Source of the DNA: Octopus bimaculoides
Lineage: Eukaryota
Length of the DNA stretch: 64,000 nt
Assembly: GCF_001194135.2 (NCBI RefSeq)
Contig: NC_068990.1
Location: 470,992-534,991, forward strand
Direction: 5' to 3'
The position numbers and the translations under genes were made by a program. How positions within the stretch are numbered: position 1 is the first letter of the stretch; each line of letters opens with the position of its first letter. Below are positions 1 to 12,117 of this stretch, piece by piece. Under the pieces are notes generated by a model. The model did not search any database, was not told where the DNA came from, and worked only from the letters and a program-made list of their open reading frames with translations.

Positions 1-143
1 ACATGTATTTAGTTTATCAGTTTCACACACATGCAGATATATAGATGTACTAGCCATACCTGTCACTATGCTGCTGGGTAGTGACCTAGTCAAGATGAAA
101 TAGATCCTTCAGTAGAATCCTACACACATGTACATATGTATAC

Positions 144-145
<2 letters not shown>

Positions 146-216
<71 letters not shown>
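146..216. repeat. (TG)n microsatellite. Many others: (CA/TG)n at 31074-31113, 33774-33848, 44111-44165, 52381-52453; (TA)n at 35858-35923, 38054-38134, 51020-51215; (GA)n at 35260-35305, 43363-43403; (TCTA)n at 25679-25712; (CTG)n at 22228-22249; poly-A at 11394-11427; poly-T at 23458-23491
   Basis: Seen directly. Boundaries are approximate. Confidence 0.95.
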
Positions 217-217
<1 letters not shown>

Positions 218-810
218 TAGTAAGAAGCTTGCTTCCCAACCACGTGGTTCTGGGTTCAGTCCCACTGCATGGTACTTGGACAAGTGTCTTTGACTATAGC
301 CTTGGGCTAACTTAAGCCTTGGATGGCTTAGGTAGATGGAAACTGAAAGAAGCTGTGTTCCAGCATGGCTGCAGTCTTATGATGTTTTATCGAAGGGAAA
401 GGTCACCGACATGGGTTGATATATCTTGTGTCACTAGAATCATTACTATTAAAATTGCAGATTGCTGGAACAGATGCTGCAATGCATCTTGCGCAATCCT
501 TTGACAGTTTCAGCATTCCAGTGCCCAATATTGTTACTTTTTCACTGACCCTGTAAAAATAAAAAGCTAAGTAGACTTTGACAGGGTTTGAACTCAGAGA
601 ATAAGAATAACTGTTGCTCTGTATTCTATGCAGTGCTCTGGCAACTCTACCAAACTGCCACTTCGAAAAAATAATTATTAGTAGAAGACAATGTACCCTT
701 CAATGTTATATTGCAATTTCACAGTCTACTTTGCCATTCAGGCTTCCAAGAGTCAAGAGAATGAAGTATCCATAGAATTCATAACTGAACTGGTTTAGGT
801 TTAGAGGTAT

Positions 811-1169
811 CTTTTACTTGTTTCAGTTATTAGATTGCAGCCATCCTGGGACACCACCCTGAAATATTTAGTCAAATAAATCAATTCCAATACTAATTAA
901 GTTGATACTTATTGTATCAGTCTCTTTTGTCAAACTGCTAAATTACAGGGACATAAACAAATCAACACCAATGGTCAAGCATTGGAGATGGGGCAAACAC
1001 AAAAACACACACAACAGGCTTCCACACAGTTTACATCCACAAAATTTAGTCACAAAGCATTGGTGGGTCCAGGGCTATTGTAAAAAGCATTTATCCAAGA
1101 TACCTCGCAATAGAGTCAAACCCAAAGCCACATGGTTACAAAGTGAGCTTCTTAACCACACAGCCATGC
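811..1169 (-). mobile_element. SINE type 1 copy. Further copies or fragments: 208-360(+), 6295-6642(+), 8034-8431(-), 9130-9350(-), 17735-18040(+), 29640-29900(+), 45063-45385(+), 47600-47740(+), 51427-51802(-), 52480-52680(+), 54417-54802(-), 59300-59470(-), 60360-60728(-), 61300-61500(+), 61925-62160(-)
   Basis: Shared head (..CCACACAGCC on +) and/or tail (TTTTACTTGTTTCAGTCA..) motifs. Boundaries are approximate. Confidence 0.8.
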
Positions 1170-1572
1170 TCGAACTCTTCAACCCTTTCATGAAACAAAC
1201 ACACACAATAAATAGACTATATATTTCAATTAGCTTTCTATATCATAAGACATTTTGAGAGGTTTAGTAAAAACAATCTCTGAAATTTAAAACATTGATG
1301 CTTCTTTAATACCAGATCAGCTGTGATTCAGCAGACCAATGATCAATGTTCTTCCAGCCTTGACCATCTATATCATCAGGCAGTGTATATATAAGACTAC
1401 ATTATCCAATATGTCCTTCCAAAAGAGATTTGACTGCTATTTCTAACAGTTTTACAGACCATGTAGAGGATATCTCGTTGACGTCAGTGTATATCTAGGA
1501 CTACATTATCCAGTGGGTCCTCTCTAAAGAGATTTGACTGCTATTACTAGTAGTGTTATTGACAATGTAAAT

Positions 1573-1794
1573 AAGTGGTTCACTTTTTGCCTATGGACAC
1601 CATTGATTCTCTTTTCACTCTACTGGATCCCCCTGTTAAAAAAAAATCCTATATTTTTATAATTAAATATGAGAAAATTGTTAAAATACTTTGTGTATTG
1701 TGAAAGTATAACTAATTTATTGCTCATAAACTTTAATAAACAAAATCTTATATGGACCCCCAAGTGCTATATGGACTTTGGTTGAGAACCACTG
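1573..1794 (-). mobile_element. hAT (Charlie-like) MITE, TIR CAGTGGTTCTC, 8-bp TSD
   Basis: Ends are AAGTGGTTC.. and ..GAGAACCACTG, flanked by ATGTAAAT (1565-1572) and ATGTAGAT (1795-1802). Confidence 0.8.
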
Positions 1795-3012
1795 ATGTAG
1801 ATATCTCATTGACTCGCTCTTTTGTTGGTTTATTTTGCAACTGAAATCTCCTGGTATCACTCATGTCATGAGATTTTATAGAGGTTCTAATTTAAATATG
1901 CACAAATGAATACATAAGAAAAGGATGCAACATATTAAAAAGCAATTTATCTTAACATATTCCTAAATAAACTGTAAAACAGCATGACACTGATATATCA
2001 GTATTACAATACACAAAGCATGGAAAATGATAAGAAACAAACAAAATACATTGGGATATCAGATGTTCCCAGTTTGATAACATCCAATATCCCACTTTAT
2101 TCTCTGTTGGTGTTATTATTTTGAATAGAGTACTGTATAACCAAAATAGGGTACTGCAAGCTTTGAATAGGATATTGCATTACCAAAATATCAACTTTAT
2201 TCTATTTAATAATTTACTTGTGAAGAGTGTGAGATAAAATTGTTTTTATTGTACAAACTAACTTCGTTATTAATTCAAACATCTGGCAGTATTTGTATGC
2301 TGCATGGCAATTTTATGTCTATATAAATATGAGCAATTTGGACATATTATGTCTGTTTAAACCTGAACATTATAATCAGATTTCAGATTTGACATTGGTC
2401 TCAAAGCTGGCTGGTATGAAAAGAGCTAATGCACTATGTTTCTATATGAAATAAGCATTTTTTTTTTCATTTCTCTGCAAACGGACAATACAAAGACTGA
2501 AGAAAATGAAGTCCTGGAAGTTAAATTATACAGCCAGACAGATTGCTGCCGACAGCAGCAATAAAGGGTCAGAAAAGGAAGATCATCCACAAGAGTAGCT
2601 ACTATGTGCAAGTTAAACAGGAATCACCTATATGGTTACTTAATATGCTTAAAATAGAATAGCAGCCAAAGCTCCCTCATATAACACCTAATATTTTTCT
2701 AAGTAGGAAAGTCAAACGCATAATGTAGTTACAGATGCCTTTATGCCTCTAGAAAAAGATGGTGATTTTAGTTGGAATGTCTTTAATCATAAATATTCTC
2801 TATCAAGGGTGCCTTACAGTTAAACAACAATGATATAGGAACCCTGAGTGAATAAACAGCTGGTAGAGCTTCATGAGAACAAATGTGGAGTAGGATTCCA
2901 GCAAATCTTACCAATTAGTTCAAGAGATACACCATTTTTTGTCAGGCTTTGTTTTCTCATGAATAAATAGAAATGCTAATCAAACCCGTAATATAGTTTT
3001 ATCTGTTTAACC

Positions 3013-3493
3013 CAGTGGTTCTCCACCAGGGTCCATACAACCCTTGGGTATCCACATAAGATTTCTTTTCTTGAAATTTATGTGCAAAGAATTGCCTGTA
3101 CTTCTTCAATAGACCAATCTTTTTTTTTTAGTGTAATTTCTTATAATATTTCATTCTAAAGGTAAGGCAGCAAGCTGGTAGAATCATGAGCATGCCAAGC
3201 AAAATGCTTAGCAGCATTTCAGCCATCCATACGTTCTGAGTTCAAATTCTGTCATGGTTGACTTTGCCTTTCATCCTCTCAGGGTCAATAAAATAAGTAC
3301 CAACTAAGTACTGGGGTCAATGTAATCGACTTACTCCCTCTTTGAACTTGCTGGCCTTGAGCCAAAATTTCAAACCAATGTTTAATTCTAAAAGTCTTAT
3401 AGGATGTTTTTAAGCATAAAATAGCTATGGGGGTCCACTCAGGTAAAATAGTAATCAAAGGGATCCATAGGTAAAAATGACTGAGAAACACTA
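3013..3493 (+). mobile_element. hAT MITE (same family) interrupted by a SINE
   Basis: Runs CAGTGGTTCTC ... GAGAAACACTA with TSD GTTTAACC (3005-3012) / GTGTAACC (3494-3501). Confidence 0.8.
3164..3376 (+). mobile_element. tRNA-derived SINE type 2; other copies at ~15250-15431(-), 58769-58945(+), 575-665(-), 58300-58500(-)
   Basis: Head AAGGCAGCAAGCTGGTAGAATC..., B-box-like GAGTTCAAATTC, core GACTTTGCCTTTCATCC...AATAAGTACCA. Degenerate TSD aatatttcattctaaa / aatgtttaattctaaa. Confidence 0.8.
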
Positions 3494-3654
3494 GTGTAAC
3501 CCTTTTGATATATTTCCATTGAAATTTACATCCTTGGTTTCCAAAAATTTTGAAACTAATGAATAATTTAATAAAATAACTTGTTTATTAATCATCTGGT
3601 GTTTGGAACATAAATTAACATGAAATTTTAATGAAGTTTGTAATTTAAATCATT

Positions 3655-3881
3655 TTAACCCTTAAGCATTTAAACTGGCAATATTAGGCCAAAATATTCT
3701 ACCTTGTTTTATGTTCAAACTGACCAGATTCAACTTCTCACACCTGCCCTACAATGCCATTCCAAAAATAAACAATCACATCGTCAAAATCTCAAAGCTA
3801 CAAAATCATGCGTGATTAATTCAAAACTATATGAATCAATAAGCATTATATTTGAAAGTGATCCGAACGTTAAAAGGTGAA
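3655..3881 (+). mobile_element. TTAA-flanked piggyBac-like MITE family A; other copies at 13729-13954 (-) and 34374-34600 (-)
   Basis: Termini TTAACCCTT.AGCATT ... AATGCTA.AGGGTTAA. The copy at 34374-34600 has TTAA at both ends. Confidence 0.72.
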
Positions 3882-4344
3882 AACAGAAAGTTTGTATCAT
3901 AGAACCAGGAGCAGTCTTAGGTGGGTCAGAATCATTAAGACACACCTGTTTCTCTCACAGTCAACTACATGCGGATGATTCAACAGTAGGACAATGGTGG
4001 TTTTAATCATCATCATCATTTAACGTCTGTTTTCTATGCTGACCAGCTGAAGAGCTGCTCAAGCTTCCTGTCTGTTTGGCATGGTTTCTACAGCTGGATG
4101 CCCTTCCTAACACCAACCACTTTGCAGAGTGTACTGGATGCTTTTTACATGGTACCAGCACCTATAAGCCCATAAGATTAGGGATGCTCAGCTGGGAAGG
4201 GATGCTGGGGATGAGCCTGTATGCCAAGACAACCATGCTTTTACTTAGCTTGATGTGTCTTTTCAAGCACAGCAAGCCCCCAGGATTCACAGTCCCCTGT
4301 TATCCCCTCTGTTAGTTTCAACATCTGTAGATCCTTTCTCACTA

Positions 4345-5945
4345 CTTCAAATCAAATCAAATTTATTAGCAGAAGAGCACAATGTGCTTAAGCCATGTAA
4401 AAAAAAAACCCAGTTATTGTTATATACAATTAAATACTAGTCATCACAGTCGTCCAGAGCCTCTTTGAACAGGGAAGTGGTGGGCAGTTGAATGACATCT
4501 TGTGGTAGCTTGTTCCACAGGGCTGTGATACGGACAGAGAATGCGGCCTTCCACCTGTTGAGTCAAAAGTGTAGGGGATAGAGTTTGTGATCATGCCCAC
4601 AAGGACCTCTATCCGGCACAGGGGTGAAAAACTCTGCAAATGATAGGTTTACATTCCCATTGAAGATGTTGAAAGCCCTGCATCCTCTGTCGTTCAAGTG
4701 AAGGTAATACCAGCCGTTGGAGATGTTGCTCATACGTAAGCTTAGACAAGCTCGCGACCATTCGGGTGGCTAAGCGCTGAACCCGTTCCAGGAGCTGAAT
4801 GTCTTTCTGGGGATATGGATTTGAGGCCTGGATGCAATATTCAAGGATGGGTCAAACTACAGTGATGTATAAAGGCTGAACGACGTCCATTGAAAGGTTG
4901 ACAAAGGACCGGCAGATGAGGAAAAGATTCCTTCTGGCTTTGATCGCCACCTTGATACACTGCCGTGTTGGTTTGAAAGTAGTATTGATCATTATGCTGA
5001 GATCCTTTTCTTCAGTGACCAGCTTTCTTCCGCCCAATTCCAAGCTCGGTTCAGCGATGATTGGAGTATGTCGTATTGATTCCAAGGCGAGACAAGTTTG
5101 ACATCGTCTGCAAATAGGAGGACTCTTCAATCAAGAAAATCTGGCCAGTCGTTGATATAGAGAAGGAAAAGTATTGGCCCCCAGCACCAACCCCTGGGAA
5201 ACACCACTGCAGGCATTTGTCTCTGCAGATAGATCTCTATTTATCTGCACCCAAAAAGTTTGATGGCTCAGGAAGGAAGAAATCCATGAAGTCACCAATG
5301 GGTGAATCTTGTATGCTTGAAGTTTGCACAAGAGAAGTCGATGATTAATGGAGGCAAACACCTTTGCGAAGTCCAAAAATATCATGTCCACTGAGTCTTT
5401 TTCATCCATGGTCCTTGTAATCCACTCTTCAAGAAGCAGAAGATTTGTTAAGCAAGATCTTCAGGGTAGAAATCTATGCTGCGAGTCGGATATAGCATTT
5501 GAAGTAAGGAGACGGTCCATGAGAGATTTTTTGATGATGGTCTCCATGACTTTGCAAAGGATGGATGTCAGATTGACTGGTCGATAATTAAGGGGGTCTT
5601 CCTTACTGCCCTTTTTGAATACTGGACATATGGTCGCTTTCCTCCACTCTTCCGGTGCAGTTCTTTGCTCAAGTGAAAGATTGGAAAGAGATGCCAGAGG
5701 AGCCGCTAGGATATGTGCTAGGACATGAAGAACAGCTGGATGGAGACTATCTGATGCTTTTGTCACAATGAAGTTTTGAAAGGACACTATAGACTGCATG
5801 AGGTGAGGTGGTAACTGGAGGCATCGGTTCGATTTGCCTGTCTGATATCAGGGACTCCTGCCCATCATTTATTCGGTAGATAGAAGAGAACATTGCAGCA
5901 AAGAGTGAACTTTGTGAGGCGGAGTCTGTGACAATATTTCCTCCC
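4345..5945 (-). mobile_element. 5'-truncated, frameshifted CR1-clade LINE (reverse transcriptase region and 3' end)
   Basis: Minus-strand ORF pieces read ...APEEWRKATICPVFKKGSKEDPLNYRPVNLTSILCKVMETII... (5461-5799) and DSVDMIFLDFAKVFASINHRLLLCKL...CSGVSQGLVLG (5131-5409). These are typical CR1-group RT motifs. The element ends in an (ATTTG)n-type tail (aaatcaaatcaaat on +, ~4348-4363). Confidence 0.92.
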
Positions 5946-8900
5946 CGTGTCTTTGTCTTTTCAAGCACAGCAAGCTGCCAAGAGTCTCAGTACCCCACTG
6001 CCAGGAAACTTGGTCCCCTACTATATTGCTGGTTAGCTCAAAATCAGATTTAATCATGTAGATCTATAGTCTAGTAAAAGAAAGAAAAAAAAAAAACATT
6101 CCGGCAATCACTACCCCATCCTATTTTGTCTTCTTTTTCAGGCATAAGGTCCATTATCCCAATACTTGAAAGAAATCTGACTATTATTTCTAGCAAGACA
6201 AGTGAACACAATGGTTTACTTGTTGCCTAAAGGTCCTTTATCAGTTCAAATTACCTCTCAAAGACTTAATTGAGAATATTACATATTATGGGTACAGGCA
6301 TAACTGTAAAGTAAGAACTTTGATTGCCAACCACATTGTTCTGGGTTCAGTCCCACTGCATGGCACCTTTGGTAAGTGTCCTCTACTATAGTCTTGGGCT
6401 GACCAAAACCTTGTGAGTGGATTTGGTAGACAGAAGCCAAAAAAAGCCTGTCATATCATCACCGTCATCATCATTTAACGTCCATCTTCCTGGATCTTTC
6501 TCTTCTACAAATATGTGTGCATATCATTGTGTTTGTGCTTGTCCTCATCACCATTTGACAAGTTTTTTAAAAAAACAGTACTGGCGTTGGTGCTCCAGCA
6601 TGGCCAGTTTAATGAATGAATGAAACAAGTGAAAGATAAAAGATATAAGGAAACCTAATAAGAGCAGATTTACTATTTTTTTACTGTCTGAAATATATAC
6701 AACCTCAGACATTACACAAATCACTCTCTGTATTTCTAAAGCATGTCAGATTTGGGGTGGAAGAAGACTAAATTATACTTTCTTCATTTTAGAGAATCAT
6801 CTCACTGACCCTTTCAAGGTCATATTTTAATGATATACACAGCATCTAAATATTTTAATTACTTTTGAAAGTATATCAAGAATGTAGAAGCGTTTTGCTC
6901 CAGACCGAGCCTTTTTAAATTAAGATGATGCTAAGAACCTATCCTAGCAATTGGTTTTTAGATAAAATTACAATGGAAGGTTTCAGTTTAGACGAACATT
7001 TCAAAACAAGATTTCATATTTTAGAACTTTATGTAGCTTCAGGCAGATTGGCATCAAGTGGGTTAAATTATTCATAAGCCTCTGGGAAGAGGGACCACAT
7101 TCCAGATAGTTCGTGCTAGTATATGACAGGTATTTGCTGTGAATAAACACACAGAGTAGCCAGCAGACACTACGCTCTCTCTTTCTCTGTACAAACACTG
7201 ACAGATATATAAGACAGACAGGCATCTCTAGGAGTAGAACCTTAAAAAGTTGAGTTGTACTTACATGTTAACTATGCATATAAAAACACACACCCTGAAT
7301 ATTTACCCTTGAAAAAAGTCATGAAACTTGAAACATTGCTATCTATGTAGGATTTATACTCAAAAGAAGAGTATGTGTGTGTACATGCACATATTTTATA
7401 CGCTTGTAGATTGTCTTTAAATGATTTCTATAAGTAGATGCAAGCATACACACAAACCTTTCTCACTCATCACCCCATCAAAAAAGGTCAACAACATTAC
7501 TGGTGTAGCAGCAAGAAAAATCACACCCACAGATTCAGTTGACAGCCAAATTAAATTGAATTGTCAACCAATTAATGATTAGTATGCTGCTATAGAAACA
7601 GGTGCACCTAATAACCACTGGTTGAAATGATACAACAACCTTAATTATAAACCGAAAGCAGTGACACATAGGGACACAGCAGATGGTTCTTGCCATCAGC
7701 AGCCTTCTTATCACAGCTCTTTCAGTAAATGCTGCTGCAAAATAAAACAACTTCCTGCAGTCTTCAAGTGCAGACCATTCTTCATATAATCATCAAAACA
7801 GACTGTTCTACATAATAATGCATGTAATTTTATTAATTCCCAATTTGCCTAATGTGACACCACAGTGATCGCTTATTTCTTACACTATTTAAGTATTGCA
7901 TGTCAAATGTGAAATAATACTATCTGTCTATTGCAATGTGAGATAAACTATCTCACATGTTCAACGGAAACTGACGGTTCCAACATCTCATTCTTTCCAA
8001 AAAAACCTCTACCATATTCTTCAGATATTTCTATCTTTTTACTCGTTTCAGTCATTTGACTGCAGCCATGCTGGGGCACTGCCTTGAAGGGTTTTAGTCG
8101 AACAAACCAGCCCCAGGACTTTGTTTTTTTAAAACCTCATACTTATTCTGTCAGTCGCTTTTGCTGAACCATTAAGTTATGAAGATGTAAACACATCAAC
8201 ACCAGTTGCCAGTCAGTAGTGGGGGACAAACAAAGGTACACACACCATATACATATATATACAGACACACACACGATGGGCTTCTTTTAGTTTCCATTTA
8301 TCAAATCCACTCACAAGGCTTTGGTCAGCCCAAGGCTACAGTAGAGGACACTTGCCCAAGGTGCCATGCGATGGGACTGAATTCAGAACCATGTGACTGA
8401 GGAGCAAAATTTCTACCATACAGCCACACCTGCATCTGGATCTCACACTTTTCAAAAAAAAAAATCTTTAATAAACTCTTCAGTTATGTACTATTTACAT
8501 AGTTTCCATATTCTCCAGTCATAAATTCTTGACACAACCATATTCTTCAGTTACATAACTATATTCCATCAACACACTTCATTATAGAAGGTACAGGAAA
8601 GAAGAGAAATACGGGGGGGGGAGTTGAAGAGAAAGAGGACTTATTAGAATTGATTTTTTTGTATCATTGACCTTATTAGCGCTAACAACAGTGTGTCACT
8701 AACCTAGTCAGTTCTAAAAATAGCAACTTTCATTCTGCCAATAAAATTGGAGGTGGGAAGAATTTGATTAAATAAAAAGAGAAGAGACAATCCTCGTCAC
8801 AGTATTTCTTTAATTACGTTGTGTTTCTGCATTTAAATGTTTCCTTTTTATAATTAGAATTTTTCTAAGAATCTAAACACTACATAATTGCCAGCAACGT

Positions 8901-11391
8901 TCATTCACTACTCTTTAAAAAGAAGTAAGGCCCCGTTAAAAGAGACAATGCAAAANNNNNNNNNNNNNNNNNNNNNNNNNNNNNNNNNNNNNNNNNNNNN
9001 NNNNNNNNNNNNNNNNNNNNNNNNNNNNNNNNNNNNNNNNNNNNNNNNNNNNNNNNNNNNNNNNNNNNNNNNNACTGGACACGATTTTTTTCCCCCATCA
9101 ATCAAGCACATCTGTCAATAATTTATTTTTTATCTTTTACTCGTTAGTCATTAGACAATGACCATACTGCAGCACCACTTTGAAGAATCTTAAGTTGAAT
9201 GTATTGGCCCCAGTACTTAAATTTTGCTAAGCCTGGTACATAGTGTCTATTGGTCTCTTTTGCCAAACTGCTAAATTACAGGGACATAAATGCACCAACA
9301 CTTATTGTTAAGTGGGGGGGGGGGTCAAACACACACACACACACATATATATATATACAAATATTTTGTATTCTGCCACAGGTTTGTAAAGATAAATTAT
9401 GCAGTGGAGGTTTAATAAATGTGTTCACATGATGTACTTCACGAGACTACCAACCTATGCTCTTTATAAGAGTTCGACTAGTCCATTCTTCCAATCCATC
9501 AGGGGTGTGAATGACTCTCGCCACAACATCTCCCCCTTTGAGATTGACTTCCATTGGAAGTTAATTTTATTATTTTTATTTATCTTTATGTTGTCACTTT
9601 TATATCTTGATGATTCGTTACTAGATGTTGTAACGTAATTGTTACCCAACTCTTAGGTAGTATTATTCATTTTGCACACAACACTTGTTTTTCATTGTAC
9701 TAAGCACTTGTTTTTTGTTGTACTAAGCACACTTGTTAGTACTCTTGTTTTTCATTGTATTAAGCACTCTTGTTTTTCGCTCAAACAGACTTTAGTGCGA
9801 TTTTTTTAACCCCAAGAAGACATCTCTTCTAGCTGGTTAACACTGAACAGCTGTATCTGATACATTGTGAGCAGGAGAATTGAACCCTAACCACATTTTA
9901 GCGATGGAACCAACACACAGTAATTCGAACAACTACTATTTCGGCAACTTACGTGTTTGGTGCAACTTCTGCCGACATGCTGCCTTTTCACGGGACATGA
10001 TAGGTATTTTACTGGTGGTCCTTTGGCTGCCAAGCGTGCAACCTCTAGCAGCTTTCACCAATTTCTCAATGTCCTGGTGCATGCAACAGGTTGTACTGGG
10101 TTACATGTTACCAGCAGCACCCCAAAAAGTGACCTGACCAGTGCGACAATAATTTTGAACATTTCTCATCCATTTTTATTATTTTTTTTCTTGACATAAG
10201 TATTTGTGTGGCAGGTTTTCCACAGCCAGATGCCTTGCCTGCCACCAACACCCATCTGTTTCTAAGTGAGGTAGTGTTTTCCATACCTCACTTGGAATAG
10301 GTGGAAGTTCCCATCTCTATGTACATGCGTAAGTGCTTGTGCCTCCTAAGAGTGGAGGGAAAACTATGCAGTATAAACAGTTAATGAAAATTGTTGGGTA
10401 AAATTATCTACATTTTTCTGTTGACCATTTGTCTATCGTGAACAGAATAATAGAACTATCAATCTATCTGCCTACACACACATATACTTTTATATATATA
10501 TATATATATATAAAATCAATAATCACTTTGATGTTTATCTTGAAAATGATACAAACTATTGTTTACAAACATTAAGCAAACATTGAGCCAATCATAAGAC
10601 GAGACATGCATAAGTGAAGTAGCAGCTTCACAATTCAAAACAGCTATTCTTTCAAAGTCTCGATCATAAATTTCATTCGTAAAAACAACAATGTATCTGG
10701 AACATCACACTCAATCTCCATCCCCCTTCAAAACAACAATATCAAAGGTGGGGAGGTTGTTGTTATTGTAATTTCTTTTTAGGTATCACTATAAAATAAA
10801 CCAAGTGATTTCTATTCAACTGGCACTCTGCTGGTTATGACAAACAGTATTCCAGCCGATCCGACCAAAAGAACAGCTTGCACATGAAACTAACACTGAG
10901 CACTCCACAGACGCACGTAACCTACATGTAGTTCTCATGGAGATTCAGCAGGACACAAAATGTGACAAGACTGGCTCTTTGAATTATAAGTTATTTTTTC
11001 CAGTTGAGTAGACTGGAGCAACATGAAATGAAGTGTCTTGCTCAAGGACACGATGTGTCGCCAGGAATTGAACTCACAACCTTACAATCATGAGCCGAAT
11101 ACCCTAACCACTAAGCCACACACTTATACTAAGTCATTACTAGAAACAGGCAGTGAAAGGATTCAGGGCTGCAGCCATAAAGAAAAAAAAAAAAAATCAC
11201 AGAAAAATACCCCTTTTTTTTTTTAATGACCTTTTTGGAGGAAGAAATACCCAGCTATCTGTCAAGTTTATAATTTAATAGGAGAAAGGAAGAAAATTAT
11301 CCTCAGACCCTAATGTTTGCAAAAGACACCCAAAGACCAGGTAGTGGTGTCAAACAATGAAATGGATTAAGTCCACCATCCACATGAAATA

Positions 11392-11431
<40 letters not shown>

Positions 11432-11719
11432 TGCTTCAACAGGACTGATGACTGTCTGAGTGAAAGGGGTCACTGGAAGAGTGAGATTGAGGAAAACATA
11501 GCTAAAAAGTGATGAGGTTCACTCCTTCAGTGCCAGACTTCACAAAAGAGATGATGAAGGGTCACAAACAGTGGTGAAGTGCTGTGCTGGAACAGACCCA
11601 TCCAACCCACACCAGTATAGAAAAACAAAATGGACAATGATGATTTTTCACTGATACAATGGCCTTGAGGCTAAGCTGTCGGGGAAATAACACTCACTCA
11701 CCACCTACATACACACAAC

Positions 11720-12100
11720 CATAACCTGGTTCAAACTGCATCCTAAAACACTGGTCTTTCTCTTCTGGGTCAGATAATACTTAACTCTGATCAACTGCTG
11801 ACCCTATATAAAGCTCAAGAAAAACTAATGTACCGTTTCCACATTAGGAGTAGTGCTACTGCTACAGCTACACACACGCACACACTAGACTGCATCCAAA
11901 GGGCCTACTGACTGATTGGTAAAAAGACACACCCAACAACTCATTATACCAGTGGCCCACAGATGCCCTGTCCCTCCTTTCTATCTACTTTATTACACTG
12001 CCACAACATCATTTACTCTACTGAACTAATTAGTTGTGTACCAACTCTAACCAGACACCCTTTTCCAAATACAATCATCTCTCCTCTTACCTCTAATGTT
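11720..12100 (+). mobile_element. Degenerate L2/Crack-like (CR1 superfamily) LINE RT C-terminal fragment
   Basis: The plus strand gives QLLTLYKAQ...THTHTLDCIQRAY*LIG..., which resembles the QLLTLYKxxIRPxMEY...LDRVQxxAxRLI pattern. Confidence 0.5.
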
Positions 12101-12117
12101 ACTCTTATCTTTTAGAC

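Noticed and set aside
2426-2611. Coding exon at 2.4-2.6 kb (either strand) and similarly at 7535-7800
   Set aside because: Frames are open for only 30-60 codons, splice sites are weak or absent, and there is no recognisable homology.
11445-11465. Hammerhead ribozyme (CTGATGA...GAAA)
   Set aside because: The stem II closing pair is C/T, no stems I/III were found, and it lies within a decayed RTE tail.
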